Of a DNA stretch of 64,000 nt, positions 46,305 through 56,572 are shown one piece after another. The DNA lies in IMG/VR virus record IMGVR_UViG_3300031998_000011, positions 1 to 64,000 of that record; one strand, written 5' to 3'. This DNA is from a virus. Taxonomy: Duplodnaviria > Caudoviricetes. A program made the position numbers and the translations under genes. The notes under the pieces were generated by a model. The model saw only the letters and a list, made by a program, of their open reading frames with translations, did no database searches and was not told where the DNA came from. Every line of letters starts with the position of its first letter. The first letter of the stretch is position 1.

Positions 46305-48875
46305 ATGCAATTACTCGGAAAGACGACTGTAAAACTTCCCTGCTACAACGGGGAAGTGTCGGTACGGCTTTGGGAGAAAGGTGATCCTTTTCCGACACTG
46401 GGCAAGTCTGTAGGTATTGACACTGAGACTGAGCTCATTACGGATGAGGTGAAGGACCCGCCCATTGTCGTGTATGGTCTGTTCGACCCCGACAGTGCCA
46501 CGTGCTGGATTGCTTACTGGGACGAGTTTCTTGAGCTTGCCCAGTATGTGAGCAGATCCGAGACACGTCAGATCTACTTCAACGTCGGCTTTGACGAGCT
46601 GGTAATTGACAACGAAGATGAAAACGCTACGCTGATGGATGCCGTTGAGGAGGGACGTGTACGGGATATGCAGATCCGGTACCATCTCTATCTGCTGGCA
46701 ACCAGAGGCGATATTCCTGAACACGGGTTCAGCAAACTGGCGGACATCGCAAAGCGCAAGCTGAAGATTGAGCTGGACAAAGGCGAGAAGGATGATCCGA
46801 ACTCGCACCGGCTTACATTCCGCAGGTTCAATGATGACGGTTCCAAGTACAGGATGACGGACAAGCAGGCCGTATACCTGGCATGGGACTGTATCTCGAC
46901 CTGGGCGTTGTCCCAAGTGATACCTGAGCAGCCAACAGAGGTGCAACACACCAAAGGTATGTGCGTTCTTGCGCATATCAGCCGAAATGGCTTCCAGGTG
47001 GACCCGGTTATATTCGACGCGCTGGAGAAGCAACTGCTGGATGGCATGGAAGTGTCGCGTGAGCGGCTTATGTCGTTCGGCTACCCTGATCCAGAGAAGC
47101 GTAACGACGACACAACACCGCAGAAACAGCTGTTCCTGTCCAGTTTGAAGAAGTTCTGCGAGCTGACCAGACAGTCCGACATATCGGATAACCCTGCTGT
47201 GACGAAGGACCGCATGCGGTTCATGCTGACTTACAGCCTCAACTACGCATATTCCGTGGTAGATGACAGTTTAAGCACACTTGTTGAAACAGTTCACTTT
47301 GCGCTGGATGGTGGGCTGCCGGATAAGGCAATCAAGTTGTCAAAGCCTGTGAAGGATGCGTGGCTGAACGAAGTGCTGGAGCCGTATGATCTGTATGCGT
47401 TCGACTCGAACAAGAGCAAGATCGTTCCGGTAGCGTTCCTTGGAGCATTCCTGGAAGACATGGTCAGACAGCTGCAGGATACGGAAGAGTGGAACAGCAA
47501 AGGGTTCAACTACACGGCAGCGATGAGCCACGCCGTGGATTACATGGACGATCATCCGTGGCTGCTGGAGGACAAGAAAGGCCGTGTGGGCCCGAAGAAG
47601 TTCTTCCAGGACCATGTTCAGAAGATCCTGGACAAGTATCCGGCGCTGGAACTGGATACGACAAAGTCCGGTCAGATCAAGCTGGCAAAGGATGATATGT
47701 GGCGACTGGATGACTTGCATATCAAGGATGACTTCCTTGTGGCCTATGCCGATTACAACCACTTGCGAAAGCTGCGGAGCACGTATGTGAACCGTGAGTA
47801 TGTCAAGAAGGACGGCAGGGTACATCCGTATCTGAAGAATCTGGTCAGAACAGGCAGAACTGCAGCAAGTTCGCCGAACGTTCAAAACTATCCGAGCCGA
47901 GACAAGGTGTGGCACCTCAAGAACATGTTCAAGCCATACGATGGGATGATACTGTGTGCAACAGATTTCTCGTTCGTAGAGCTTTGCGGTTTTGCACAGG
48001 CGTGTTACAGCCGGTTCGGTTTCTCTGTCATGCGCGATATTATCAATGCAGGCATTGACCCGCATAGATGGTTCGCTGCAGTGATGGAAAAGAAGATCAC
48101 GACAGATCTGAAGAACAAAGACGACCCTGAATGGGTCAACCAGCTTAACAAGCATCTTGAGGAGATTATCGACGACAAAGCAAGATTCAAGGCCAAGGCC
48201 GCGAACTTCGGGCTACCCGGTGGGATGCGACCAAAGCGCTTTTACCGGCATTGTCGTAGTATGGGAATCGTAATCACCATGCAGGATGCTGAAGAGATGT
48301 GCGACGCATGGACAAATACGTTTAAGGAGATGAGGCTCCATATGAAGCCTGAAAAAGCCTCGTATATCCCGAAGGTGAACGAGGACATGTTCGGGTATCG
48401 TGAGGAAGATCCAGATGATTTGGAGGACGACATCCCCATTGAGGAAGATACTGGAAAAGACGATGCGTTTGCATATCGTGCAGTTCTTCCGTGCGGACAA
48501 GTCAGAAACCGTTGCTCATACAATGCAGCGTGTAACGTAATGTTCCAAGGAACAGTGGCTATCGGTGCAAAGCTGGCAGGTTGGGAACTGCTGACTCACG
48601 GCTATGGAGAAAGGCTCTGTAATTTTGTGCACGATGAATTTCTCTATTGCTTGTATCCCAATGAGTTACAAACTCATATTCCTATCGTTGAGAGTCTCAT
48701 GCTGAAAGGCATCAGGAAAATCATCCCTGACGTTAAAGTAGGTGTAGAGACTACTTGCATGCTACATTGGGAAAAGGATTCGGCTAAGTTCTTAAAACTT
48801 AAATGGAATGACGACGGCACTCCGATTCTGGAGGAGCCGCCGTACGTACAGAACATATTACAACACAAGGAGTAA
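46305..48875 (+). CDS. Family A DNA polymerase with 3'-5' exonuclease
   Basis: GIDTET, FNVGFD, RTGR...PNVQN, DFSFVEL (motif A), KAANFG (B), VHDE (C). Confidence 0.9.
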   Translation: MQLLGKTTVKLPCYNGEVSVRLWEKGDPFPTLGKSVGIDTETELITDEVKDPPIVVYGLFDPDSATCWIAYWDEFLELAQYVSRSETRQIYFNVGFDELVIDNEDENATLMDAVEEGRVRDMQIRYHLYLLATRGDIPEHGFSKLADIAKRKLKIELDKGEKDDPNSHRLTFRRFNDDGSKYRMTDKQAVYLAWDCISTWALSQVIPEQPTEVQHTKGMCVLAHISRNGFQVDPVIFDALEKQLLDGMEVSRERLMSFGYPDPEKRNDDTTPQKQLFLSSLKKFCELTRQSDISDNPAVTKDRMRFMLTYSLNYAYSVVDDSLSTLVETVHFALDGGLPDKAIKLSKPVKDAWLNEVLEPYDLYAFDSNKSKIVPVAFLGAFLEDMVRQLQDTEEWNSKGFNYTAAMSHAVDYMDDHPWLLEDKKGRVGPKKFFQDHVQKILDKYPALELDTTKSGQIKLAKDDMWRLDDLHIKDDFLVAYADYNHLRKLRSTYVNREYVKKDGRVHPYLKNLVRTGRTAASSPNVQNYPSRDKVWHLKNMFKPYDGMILCATDFSFVELCGFAQACYSRFGFSVMRDIINAGIDPHRWFAAVMEKKITTDLKNKDDPEWVNQLNKHLEEIIDDKARFKAKAANFGLPGGMRPKRFYRHCRSMGIVITMQDAEEMCDAWTNTFKEMRLHMKPEKASYIPKVNEDMFGYREEDPDDLEDDIPIEEDTGKDDAFAYRAVLPCGQVRNRCSYNAACNVMFQGTVAIGAKLAGWELLTHGYGERLCNFVHDEFLYCLYPNELQTHIPIVESLMLKGIRKIIPDVKVGVETTCMLHWEKDSAKFLKLKWNDDGTPILEEPPYVQNILQHKE

Positions 48876-48881
48876 CGCATC

Positions 48882-50303
48882 ATGGCGTACATGGCAGCAC
48901 GCAGTGCTTCCGGTCAAGGGCGCTCCAAGCGCCTTTCTTACGTGAAACCAGAGTATCTCAAGGGCCACATGTTCCCTGGCCTTGACTGGCAGACCAGCGG
49001 GTATCTGTCCGGTGTGCTCTGGAACACCAAGAACCACATCATCAGGATCATCCCTGGCTATGACCCTGAGACCCGTGAGGTCTTCCGTCAGAACATCAAC
49101 GTGACGGATTACAGCCAGGAAGAGAACCCAATCAAGTACATCTCCGACACCTTCATGGTTGCTGACACGGTCCAGTCGTTCGGCACTTCCAAGAGCAACT
49201 TTGTCGTGAGCTATGCTCCGGGTTCCCAGGACGACATCACCTACGGTGGCGATACGATGATCTCCGTATTCGCCCGCAACGTGTTCCGCAGCGTGAATCC
49301 GCTGAAGTCCAAGAAGCCCAGGTTCGGCGTTACCAACGAGATGCGCTCCTGGGTTGCGCTCCGTGACGGTACCCTCCCGATGCCCAAGCAGGCTCTGCTT
49401 GTCCAGGCACTCCTGTTCCAGTGGCAGGGCCGGCCGATGTGTGACCAGGACGGCAATCCGCTGACGTCGGAAGACGGCCAGATGGTTCCCAAGATCGGTG
49501 TCGTGTCCTTCGAGGGACGTTCCACGCTGCAGGCTATTCTGCGGGCGCTGACGGAACCCAAGGATCCCGGCGAACCCCTCGACGCCATCAAGAACAACAA
49601 GTATGGTGGTCTGGCCGAACTGCAGGGCAACCTGCTGTATCTGCACCACATTACCCGTGAGGATGGCGGAAAGAAGATCAACCTGCTGAACCCGTCTGTC
49701 CAGGCCGGCACCAAGGGCTGGACGCCGGAGCCGCTGAATCTTTCCAAGGAGAACGTCTACAACTGGTGGACTCCCTGGCAGGACCTCATCAGCTATATGA
49801 GCGCGGAAGAGCAGGCAATGCTGCTGGCGTCCGAGTTCGGAGCCGACTCTGTGAATTATCTCGTTGGTACAGATCCCATCTACCAGGGATTCCAGATGCC
49901 GGACGAGATAGCACAGGCTGGTTATGGCCGCTATGCGAGATTCACGGATGGTGTTACGGAAGTGCGTCAGCGCGGTTCCATCAATGTTCCTGCCAACGGC
50001 TTCGCAGCCCCTGCGCAGAACAAGCCGGAAACGCCTCTCGCAGCCGCTTTCGCGGGACCCAAGGCTCCGACCGCTCCGAGAGCCCCGATGACTCCTTCCC
50101 AGGCCCTGGGAAAGCCTGTGGGTGCCGGCGCGACGATTCCGAAGAACTCCGGTGTCCCGATGAATGACTTCAACAAGGCGCTCAGCCAGATCAAGAGTGT
50201 CGCCAAGCCTGCGGTGCAGGAAGAGGACGACATGGCGAACATGGCGAGTGATGTCGCCGATGATGATCAGTACTCGGACGGCGAAGACGAACAGTCTTTC
50301 TGA
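48882..50303 (+). CDS. Putative ssDNA-binding or recombination-associated protein
   Basis: Between polymerase and RecA-like genes; Pro/Ala linker and acidic C-terminal tail ending in F; strong codon bias. Confidence 0.4.
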   Translation: MAYMAARSASGQGRSKRLSYVKPEYLKGHMFPGLDWQTSGYLSGVLWNTKNHIIRIIPGYDPETREVFRQNINVTDYSQEENPIKYISDTFMVADTVQSFGTSKSNFVVSYAPGSQDDITYGGDTMISVFARNVFRSVNPLKSKKPRFGVTNEMRSWVALRDGTLPMPKQALLVQALLFQWQGRPMCDQDGNPLTSEDGQMVPKIGVVSFEGRSTLQAILRALTEPKDPGEPLDAIKNNKYGGLAELQGNLLYLHHITREDGGKKINLLNPSVQAGTKGWTPEPLNLSKENVYNWWTPWQDLISYMSAEEQAMLLASEFGADSVNYLVGTDPIYQGFQMPDEIAQAGYGRYARFTDGVTEVRQRGSINVPANGFAAPAQNKPETPLAAAFAGPKAPTAPRAPMTPSQALGKPVGAGATIPKNSGVPMNDFNKALSQIKSVAKPAVQEEDDMANMASDVADDDQYSDGEDEQSF

Positions 50304-50311
50304 GGTGACAT

Positions 50312-51652
50312 ATGGCAAACAGAAACACAAGTCTGATAAGCGGCATGCGGGCCGCGTTGTCCAAGCCGGACGGCACGGGCGTGGTCGCGACAGCGGAGGA
50401 ACTGAAACAGAATCAGTTCGGCTTCCCGCTGAGGCATTACGCCCAGCAGTATCTGTTCGGCGCCACCGGTCTCCGCATCCAGGTCTTCAACTCCATCGCC
50501 GGCAAGGAAGCGACATGCAAGAGCCCGTTCGTGTTCGACCTGATGGGTCACATCACGGCAGGCGAAGAGAATCACGGACTCTGTGGCATGGCGTTCCTGC
50601 TGGAGACAGAGGGCAAAATCTCGGCGTCGCTGTACAGTTCGGTCATCAAGTCATACGGGGAAGATGCGTACGATGCTTCGTTCGTGATCCGGGATAAGCA
50701 TGATAAGCCGCTGTCCATCGAGGAAGCGTTTGAGGTGCTGAACACGGACATCATCAAGAAGTATCGTGAAATCGCTCCGAACAACGATGTGCCGATCTTT
50801 GTCGGTATTGACTCAATCGGCGGTGCCGCGACTGGCGAGCTTGTCAAGAAGCAGGAGACCGACGGGTATGTCGGCAAGCATTTCGGCGAGAAGTCTGTCT
50901 TCATGAAGAACTTCTGCGAGAACTTCGGCAAGTATATCGGTGACATCCCGATGGTGGTCTTCATGGTCAACCAGGAAAAGGATTCGCTGGTACAGAACCA
51001 GTATGGACCTCCGCAGACGCACATCACAGGCGGGTCTTCACAGATGTTCAAGGACGGGCACATGATCCGCTCGTCCCAGAAGACGCTCGCCAGCGGCGAC
51101 GGCAAAATCATCACGCTGCGAACGACCAAGACGTCGTTCTGCGACCCGCGTAAGATCGAGGTTGCTTTCCGCTGGAACAAGTTCGGCAAATCTCAGGATG
51201 ACTATTACGGTCATTACTGGGACTGGGCGCTGGCATCAGCCAAGTGTCTGGCTGAGCCTGAAAAGGGCGTTGGAGAGATCCGCGATATCTGCGATGTCAA
51301 GGTCTCCGAGAAGAACCTTGTCACCAGCGAGAAACTGGGACTTCGCTCGGTTACGCCGCAGGAGTTCGAGGAAGCGCTCTTCGATCCGTCGAATGCAGCC
51401 ATTCTCGATGCGCTCTACGTGTATCAGAAGATCGACCGGCTGAAAGGCATGGACGAGTACGTCGATTACATCAAGAAGCGCAAAGCGGCGGTCAAGGCGG
51501 AGGAAAAGAAGACGGAACCGAAAGTGACTGTCTCCAAGCCCGCCAAGGCTAAAAAGAAGACCGTGGTCAAGAATCCGATCCCGATGCCGACTGCAAAGCC
51601 TGTGAGCCTCGCCGATGCGATGGAAGACATGGGAGATCCAGATGCCGAATAA
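50312..51652 (+). CDS. RecA/UvsX-like recombinase
   Basis: GKEATCKS Walker A-like, ETEG, IDSIG, VNQ, TGG motifs. Confidence 0.75.
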   Translation: MANRNTSLISGMRAALSKPDGTGVVATAEELKQNQFGFPLRHYAQQYLFGATGLRIQVFNSIAGKEATCKSPFVFDLMGHITAGEENHGLCGMAFLLETEGKISASLYSSVIKSYGEDAYDASFVIRDKHDKPLSIEEAFEVLNTDIIKKYREIAPNNDVPIFVGIDSIGGAATGELVKKQETDGYVGKHFGEKSVFMKNFCENFGKYIGDIPMVVFMVNQEKDSLVQNQYGPPQTHITGGSSQMFKDGHMIRSSQKTLASGDGKIITLRTTKTSFCDPRKIEVAFRWNKFGKSQDDYYGHYWDWALASAKCLAEPEKGVGEIRDICDVKVSEKNLVTSEKLGLRSVTPQEFEEALFDPSNAAILDALYVYQKIDRLKGMDEYVDYIKKRKAAVKAEEKKTEPKVTVSKPAKAKKKTVVKNPIPMPTAKPVSLADAMEDMGDPDAE

Positions 51653-52181
51653 CGCAGCAGCCATCATGGCGATGCGCGAGAGCATGCAGGCCGACTACAA
51701 GCGCCAGAAGCGCATGCAGAAGACCGATGACATCATCGAGTTCATCGCTTCGAACTGGAAGCTGTTCACCGGCAGCAGGACGCAGATGAAGCAGGCCGTT
51801 GATTCCCTGGGGCACAATGGCGTGCCCTACAGTGTTGACGGCCTGTGCGACCTGCTTGGAGTGCCCGACAACGTGTACTTCAAGCGGTCTCCTGTGAAAG
51901 ACATCGGGGCAGCGATCCTTGACTTCAAGAAGAGCAAACTCATGGAACTGTTCCTGAAATGCACGGAAGCGCAAAACGGCGCCGACGTGTGCATGTTTGT
52001 TGTTGCAGGCAAGAGTTCTATCTGCATCACGGACATGCAGACGAACATGGAAGGCGGAATGATGCTGATCCATCTGAAGCCGGCCATTGAGTTCGTTCAG
52101 GACATCCACATTTTCAAGGCGGCAGAGGCTTCCGAGCGTCTGCCCAACCTTTTCAACCACACAGAGGACAATTATGTCTGA
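51642..52181 (+). CDS. Hypothetical protein
   Basis: Coupled ORF, GGGAG RBS. Confidence 0.55.
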   Translation: MPNNAAAIMAMRESMQADYKRQKRMQKTDDIIEFIASNWKLFTGSRTQMKQAVDSLGHNGVPYSVDGLCDLLGVPDNVYFKRSPVKDIGAAILDFKKSKLMELFLKCTEAQNGADVCMFVVAGKSSICITDMQTNMEGGMMLIHLKPAIEFVQDIHIFKAAEASERLPNLFNHTEDNYV

Positions 52182-53208
52182 TACACAAGAAGAAATCAAT
52201 CTGGCGGAAGTTGCTGCGGCTGAACAGGCCGAAGTGGCTGTCAATGAACAGCAGGAAGCTGCAACCGAAATCGGTGACAACGACGTGCTCATCACGCCGA
52301 ATGTCGTGCTTCCGACCCGTGATGACATGACTATCGCCAAGGTCATGCAGGTGCTGAAACAGAACTTTGACAATTTCTCGTTCGACGTGAATGAGGACTA
52401 TGCCAAGAAGTTCAACAACCTGGACGACCTCATCAGCTACACCGACCGGTCCTTCGGAGATATCTGCAAGGAACGGGAGAAGACCGAGTGCTTTGTCAGA
52501 AACCGTGACGGCGCCGCAATGGCCAGATTCTGGTGCACCTGCAAGGTCCTGAGTGACGTTGCGCTCAGCGGCAAGAAGTACGGCGACCAGGCAGTCAAGC
52601 AGTACGCGGCCCACAGGGGCATCTCCGACAGTTACCTGTACCAGCAGATCAACATCGCTCGGCGCCTCGACATCGTGGATGTGTTCCTGCTTGGTACACG
52701 TGGTATCGGCACCCTGTATCTGCGCAAGCTGGCGGGTTTCAAGGATGACGTCACACGGCAGACCATCATCAACAGCTTCCTGGAGCGGTACACCGATACC
52801 GTGAACAAGAAGGATCGTGACCTGGCGAAGAAAGCCTTCATTTCGGCAATCAATGCCAGTGGCAAGAACACCAAGAACATCGACGCGGCCAATCCGATTG
52901 TCGCTCTGGCTTCCAGCGAGGACTTCGTGCCTACGCCGGAGACCGAGGGCGTCCTGGCTGCAGTCGGTTCCGTGTCGGGCATGCTGAAGAAGCTGTCCCG
53001 GCCGGAAATCATGCACGACCTGGAGCAGTATGGCGACAACTTCTTCATGATGGACAATACGCCGGATGCCGAAAAGCAGCTGGCGAAAGTCAAGGAGAAG
53101 GCCACGGAGCTCAGAGACCTCTGCGAGAAGTCCAAGGACAACCTGGAGTTCGCTCTGCAGAAGCTCGACAGTCTCCTGGCGGTTGAGCTGCTTCCGCACG
53201 AGCAATGA
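52174..53208 (+). CDS. Hypothetical protein (possible HTH)
   Basis: GAGGA RBS; 'VKQYAAHRGISDSYLYQ' HTH-like segment. Confidence 0.6.
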   Translation: MSDTQEEINLAEVAAAEQAEVAVNEQQEAATEIGDNDVLITPNVVLPTRDDMTIAKVMQVLKQNFDNFSFDVNEDYAKKFNNLDDLISYTDRSFGDICKEREKTECFVRNRDGAAMARFWCTCKVLSDVALSGKKYGDQAVKQYAAHRGISDSYLYQQINIARRLDIVDVFLLGTRGIGTLYLRKLAGFKDDVTRQTIINSFLERYTDTVNKKDRDLAKKAFISAINASGKNTKNIDAANPIVALASSEDFVPTPETEGVLAAVGSVSGMLKKLSRPEIMHDLEQYGDNFFMMDNTPDAEKQLAKVKEKATELRDLCEKSKDNLEFALQKLDSLLAVELLPHEQ

Positions 53209-53981
53209 AACAGCCTTCGCTCAACTGGGTCGATAAGCATTACGCAGTTGCGCTGAAGCATCTGCCGGAGTTTGCCGACGCCTACATGGATGACGACAAG
53301 CTCCGGCGCTTCTCCCTGCTGTTGCGCAGCGTCTGTCATACGCAGAAAGGTGTTCCATTCAAGAACATATCTGCAGATGCGCTGTGGGAGTCCGTGGAGC
53401 ACCTGAAAGGGAAGCTCATGACACCCGCACTGATGAAGCGCAACACACTGCGTGTCATCGCCAACTGGCACTTCATAGAGGACGGTATGGAAATCCCCAT
53501 GTGGGATGGGGGTTCCTGCGTCACCGACGTTGTGTTCATAGGCGTGACACGTGTGAAAACAGCGGAAGGATCGCAGCCGAAAATGCTTGTCAGGCTCAAG
53601 TTAAAGACGGGTCTGTGTGCGGGCATAATACATGATGCCGTTTTATCGGTCAACAAGGTCGGTTACTTCCTCGACCATGTGGGCGGTGTCGGCCGCTACC
53701 ACTGCAACGTGGAGGAGATCTCCGGCATGCAGGCCAGGCTGACTGTGTATTATGAAGGTCACGAACTGTTCATCAGGGAGTGGCGATGCACGGATCCGCA
53801 GAAGGTTGCAAACCGAAGACTCACGGATGCCAGGACTGATGTGGCGAAATGCACACGTTCCCAGCCTTGCAATGTCTGCAGTGCGGACATCACGCAGTGC
53901 AAGCTGGCGGTCTGGCTTCCAAGAAAGGAACATAAATGTCAGATAAACCAAAAGAAACCAAGTTCCACTTCATCCGAGTGA
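53205..53981 (+). CDS. Hypothetical protein with C-terminal Cys cluster
   Basis: ATGA overlap; C...CxxC...C. Confidence 0.6.
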   Translation: MKQPSLNWVDKHYAVALKHLPEFADAYMDDDKLRRFSLLLRSVCHTQKGVPFKNISADALWESVEHLKGKLMTPALMKRNTLRVIANWHFIEDGMEIPMWDGGSCVTDVVFIGVTRVKTAEGSQPKMLVRLKLKTGLCAGIIHDAVLSVNKVGYFLDHVGGVGRYHCNVEEISGMQARLTVYYEGHELFIREWRCTDPQKVANRRLTDARTDVAKCTRSQPCNVCSADITQCKLAVWLPRKEHKCQINQKKPSSTSSE

Positions 53982-54712
53982 GAGCCAACAACGAGCCGTC
54001 GTTCTATGACCAGCAAGCAGATATCCGGTGCATCCTGCCGGTGCTCGGCAAGCTGGTGTGCGACGACCTGGAGGCTGTTCATAAGGGTGACAGCCAGTGG
54101 CATAACGATATCAGCTATCTGCGGAACTGTCTGGATGTCTTTGCGATCCGTATCGACGAGGATAACACGCCTCTGGTCGAGCAGATGCAGGAGTTCATTC
54201 AGGCAATCAGCAAGGTCAATCCGCAGGTATTCGCGCAGTTCGCATCCGGCGTGTTCATCATGATGTCCGTCGTGTACGGAGCCATGCAGCGCCGTGATGT
54301 GAAGATCGACGGCAAGGACCAGCGCAAGATGCTATCAGTGGCGACACTGCTGGATGTCATGCGGTTCCTGCCGAAGAACCTGGTCGGGCAGATTTTCGAC
54401 ACGCTGGAGGAGACAGGAGACCTGCTGCACGAAGCAGTGGTGTCCGTTACCAATGCCAGTGTGGTTGATATGGTCCGTGACGGAGACGTCGTGGGAACCT
54501 TTGACCGGCTCAAGGAGCATGCAGCCATGTTCATCAATGCGGAAGGCGACACGTCCTGGAACGGGCTTGCGAATGCCTGTGAAGAGATGTTCAACGCCAT
54601 ACCGCCGGATGCGAACCTGCACGACAAGGTAGCGCTTGCTCTCGCCTATCCGACCTATAAACTTCCAACCCAGTGCGAGATGCCTGCTGATGACGCTGAG
54701 AGACAAGATTGA
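53936..54712 (+). CDS. Hypothetical protein
   Basis: AAAGGA RBS, 258 aa. Confidence 0.6.
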   Translation: MSDKPKETKFHFIRVRANNEPSFYDQQADIRCILPVLGKLVCDDLEAVHKGDSQWHNDISYLRNCLDVFAIRIDEDNTPLVEQMQEFIQAISKVNPQVFAQFASGVFIMMSVVYGAMQRRDVKIDGKDQRKMLSVATLLDVMRFLPKNLVGQIFDTLEETGDLLHEAVVSVTNASVVDMVRDGDVVGTFDRLKEHAAMFINAEGDTSWNGLANACEEMFNAIPPDANLHDKVALALAYPTYKLPTQCEMPADDAERQD

Positions 54713-55448
54713 GCGACTTCACCGGATCGGTGATCTGGTGCTGTTCCGGTGGATGACCGGCAAGCACCGTGTGGCGCAGTCTTATGTCATGCTCTCCATG
54801 CTGCGGTTCGAGGTTCTGATTTGCACGAAAGACCATATCTGGTTCAGCAGCTCGGCGCCTTGCTTGTATCTTGACAGGGGCAGACCGCGTATCGTCATGA
54901 AGGACAGAGACGTCCTGACTATTTCCAGTGGACTGCGTCAGGGCATGACCATCATTCCGTCTATGCTGAAGGCTGAGGAAACAGCGACCGAGACGCGCCA
55001 TTGTCGTTGCATTGAAGTCGATGAGACGCACTGCCCGAAGTGGCTGCAGACCAAGGTACTGGCTATCGGTAACGCTCCGGTGTATCCGTTGTCGCACATC
55101 GTGATGCCGGAGCTGTTCCGCATCAGCAAGAACCCGATGTCGCTCCGTCCGTTCTTCAGCAAGGAGATGATGGAGGACATAGGTTCGGTGCCCGGTGACT
55201 CGGTGCAGGACATGCTGGACAAATTCCACTCCAAGTTGAAAATGTTCGGCACGTTCACGGATGACGGTTACATCATCAGTAATGACCTGATCGCTACAGG
55301 CGGCGCATGCGTCGCACAGGCGAAGGGTCTTGGCATCAACGGCTCGATGGTACATCAGGTGACTTTGAACCAGTTCCGGCAGGACATGCTGTCCCGTCAC
55401 TGGAAGGTAGGTCCGGATCATCTGATGAAACCGAAAGGAACACTATGA
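54690..55448 (+). CDS. Hypothetical protein
   Basis: Coupled ORF; start uncertain. Confidence 0.5.
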   Translation: MTLRDKIERLHRIGDLVLFRWMTGKHRVAQSYVMLSMLRFEVLICTKDHIWFSSSAPCLYLDRGRPRIVMKDRDVLTISSGLRQGMTIIPSMLKAEETATETRHCRCIEVDETHCPKWLQTKVLAIGNAPVYPLSHIVMPELFRISKNPMSLRPFFSKEMMEDIGSVPGDSVQDMLDKFHSKLKMFGTFTDDGYIISNDLIATGGACVAQAKGLGINGSMVHQVTLNQFRQDMLSRHWKVGPDHLMKPKGTL

Positions 55449-56068
55449 CAGAGTGGTTCAATACATTGCGCATGCTTACGGCATCAGGAGATGTCATGCT
55501 GCTCTGCACGGCGACCACAGGACTGCGCAAGTCTGATCAGGTGCTGGCGATTGCGTACACCAAGTACGACCAGGACGAACAGACGGAGACGAATACGCTG
55601 TTCCGTATGGTCAGTACGGACGCACTGCAGTCGGCCGCCGAATATCACCGCATCACCAAGGATGTGATGCTGGCGAACGCACAATCGGACGACGCCATCA
55701 AAAAGACTCTGACGGAAGCCATGCGGGGCTGCACGATCTTCACCTACAGCGTTCCGTTCCAGCGTAAGGCGCTGACGGAGATGTCCGGCGGGTTCATCGA
55801 CATCATCAGTCCGATGTGCGATCTGCCACTGTGGCTGAAAGCAGGACAGTCGCGGATGCCGTTCGCGGTGGATCTTCCGATTGATGTTGCAGACAAGCAG
55901 ATTGCGAGAAAGCTGACGGCTTTTCCGTGGAAGACTTGCCTGAACATGTACAACATTGTTCCGGAGGCGCCGGCGGGTATCCTGCCGGTGACATACAACG
56001 TGATGGCTCTCAGTCGGCTTTATCAGCAGCTGTGGGAGCAGCCACCAGAGATCTTGCTGGCTGATTGA
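55445..56068 (+). CDS. Degenerate DnaQ/DEDD-fold exonuclease-like protein
   Basis: LLCTATTGL (vs D-x-ETTGL), YHRIT, YSVPFQ (vs HNxxFD): fold motifs kept, catalytic acids missing. Confidence 0.5.
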   Translation: MTEWFNTLRMLTASGDVMLLCTATTGLRKSDQVLAIAYTKYDQDEQTETNTLFRMVSTDALQSAAEYHRITKDVMLANAQSDDAIKKTLTEAMRGCTIFTYSVPFQRKALTEMSGGFIDIISPMCDLPLWLKAGQSRMPFAVDLPIDVADKQIARKLTAFPWKTCLNMYNIVPEAPAGILPVTYNVMALSRLYQQLWEQPPEILLAD

Positions 56069-56561
56069 CACCGGTCTTGTCGCCGGTGATCGCTGCCAGC
56101 ATAAGAGAACCCCTGTTGACCGTCGTGATCACAGGGGTGTTCTTTGCGTTCATGGAGACAACCGTCGTCGGATTGTTCCAGGAGGACAGGAAGTTGATAG
56201 CGTTGTTCTTCACGAATAAAATGACATGACCGTTCGGTCCGCATGGGTCAACAACGGCAGCCTGGATGCTGTCAGTAGCAAGACGCCATTTGTTCGGATC
56301 GACGGCCAGCAAGACACCGGCCTTTGACAGGTTCGATTTGCCGGTAACCTCATGGACAAAGGACAGACTGTAGCCGGCGATTCTCCTGAAGTCGATGACG
56401 CCTTTCTGGGCGCACTTCGCGACAACAGGGAGAGTCTGCAGCACAGCCTGTTTGATTTTCGTAACGGACGGTTCCACGGTGACAACCGACTCAAAATCGG
56501 AAACTGTGATGCCGTCTGTTATCTTGCTCCCGTAGATGGAGTAACACTTCAACGCTTCCAT
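56010..56561 (-). CDS. Hypothetical protein divergent from the RT
   Basis: 183 aa ORF with plausible composition; the only credible minus-strand ORF in the cluster. Confidence 0.5.
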   Translation of the reverse strand: MEALKCYSIYGSKITDGITVSDFESVVTVEPSVTKIKQAVLQTLPVVAKCAQKGVIDFRRIAGYSLSFVHEVTGKSNLSKAGVLLAVDPNKWRLATDSIQAAVVDPCGPNGHVILFVKNNAINFLSSWNNPTTVVSMNAKNTPVITTVNRGSLMLAAITGDKTGVNQPARSLVAAPTAADKAD

Positions 56562-56572
56562 AAGGACCTGAT

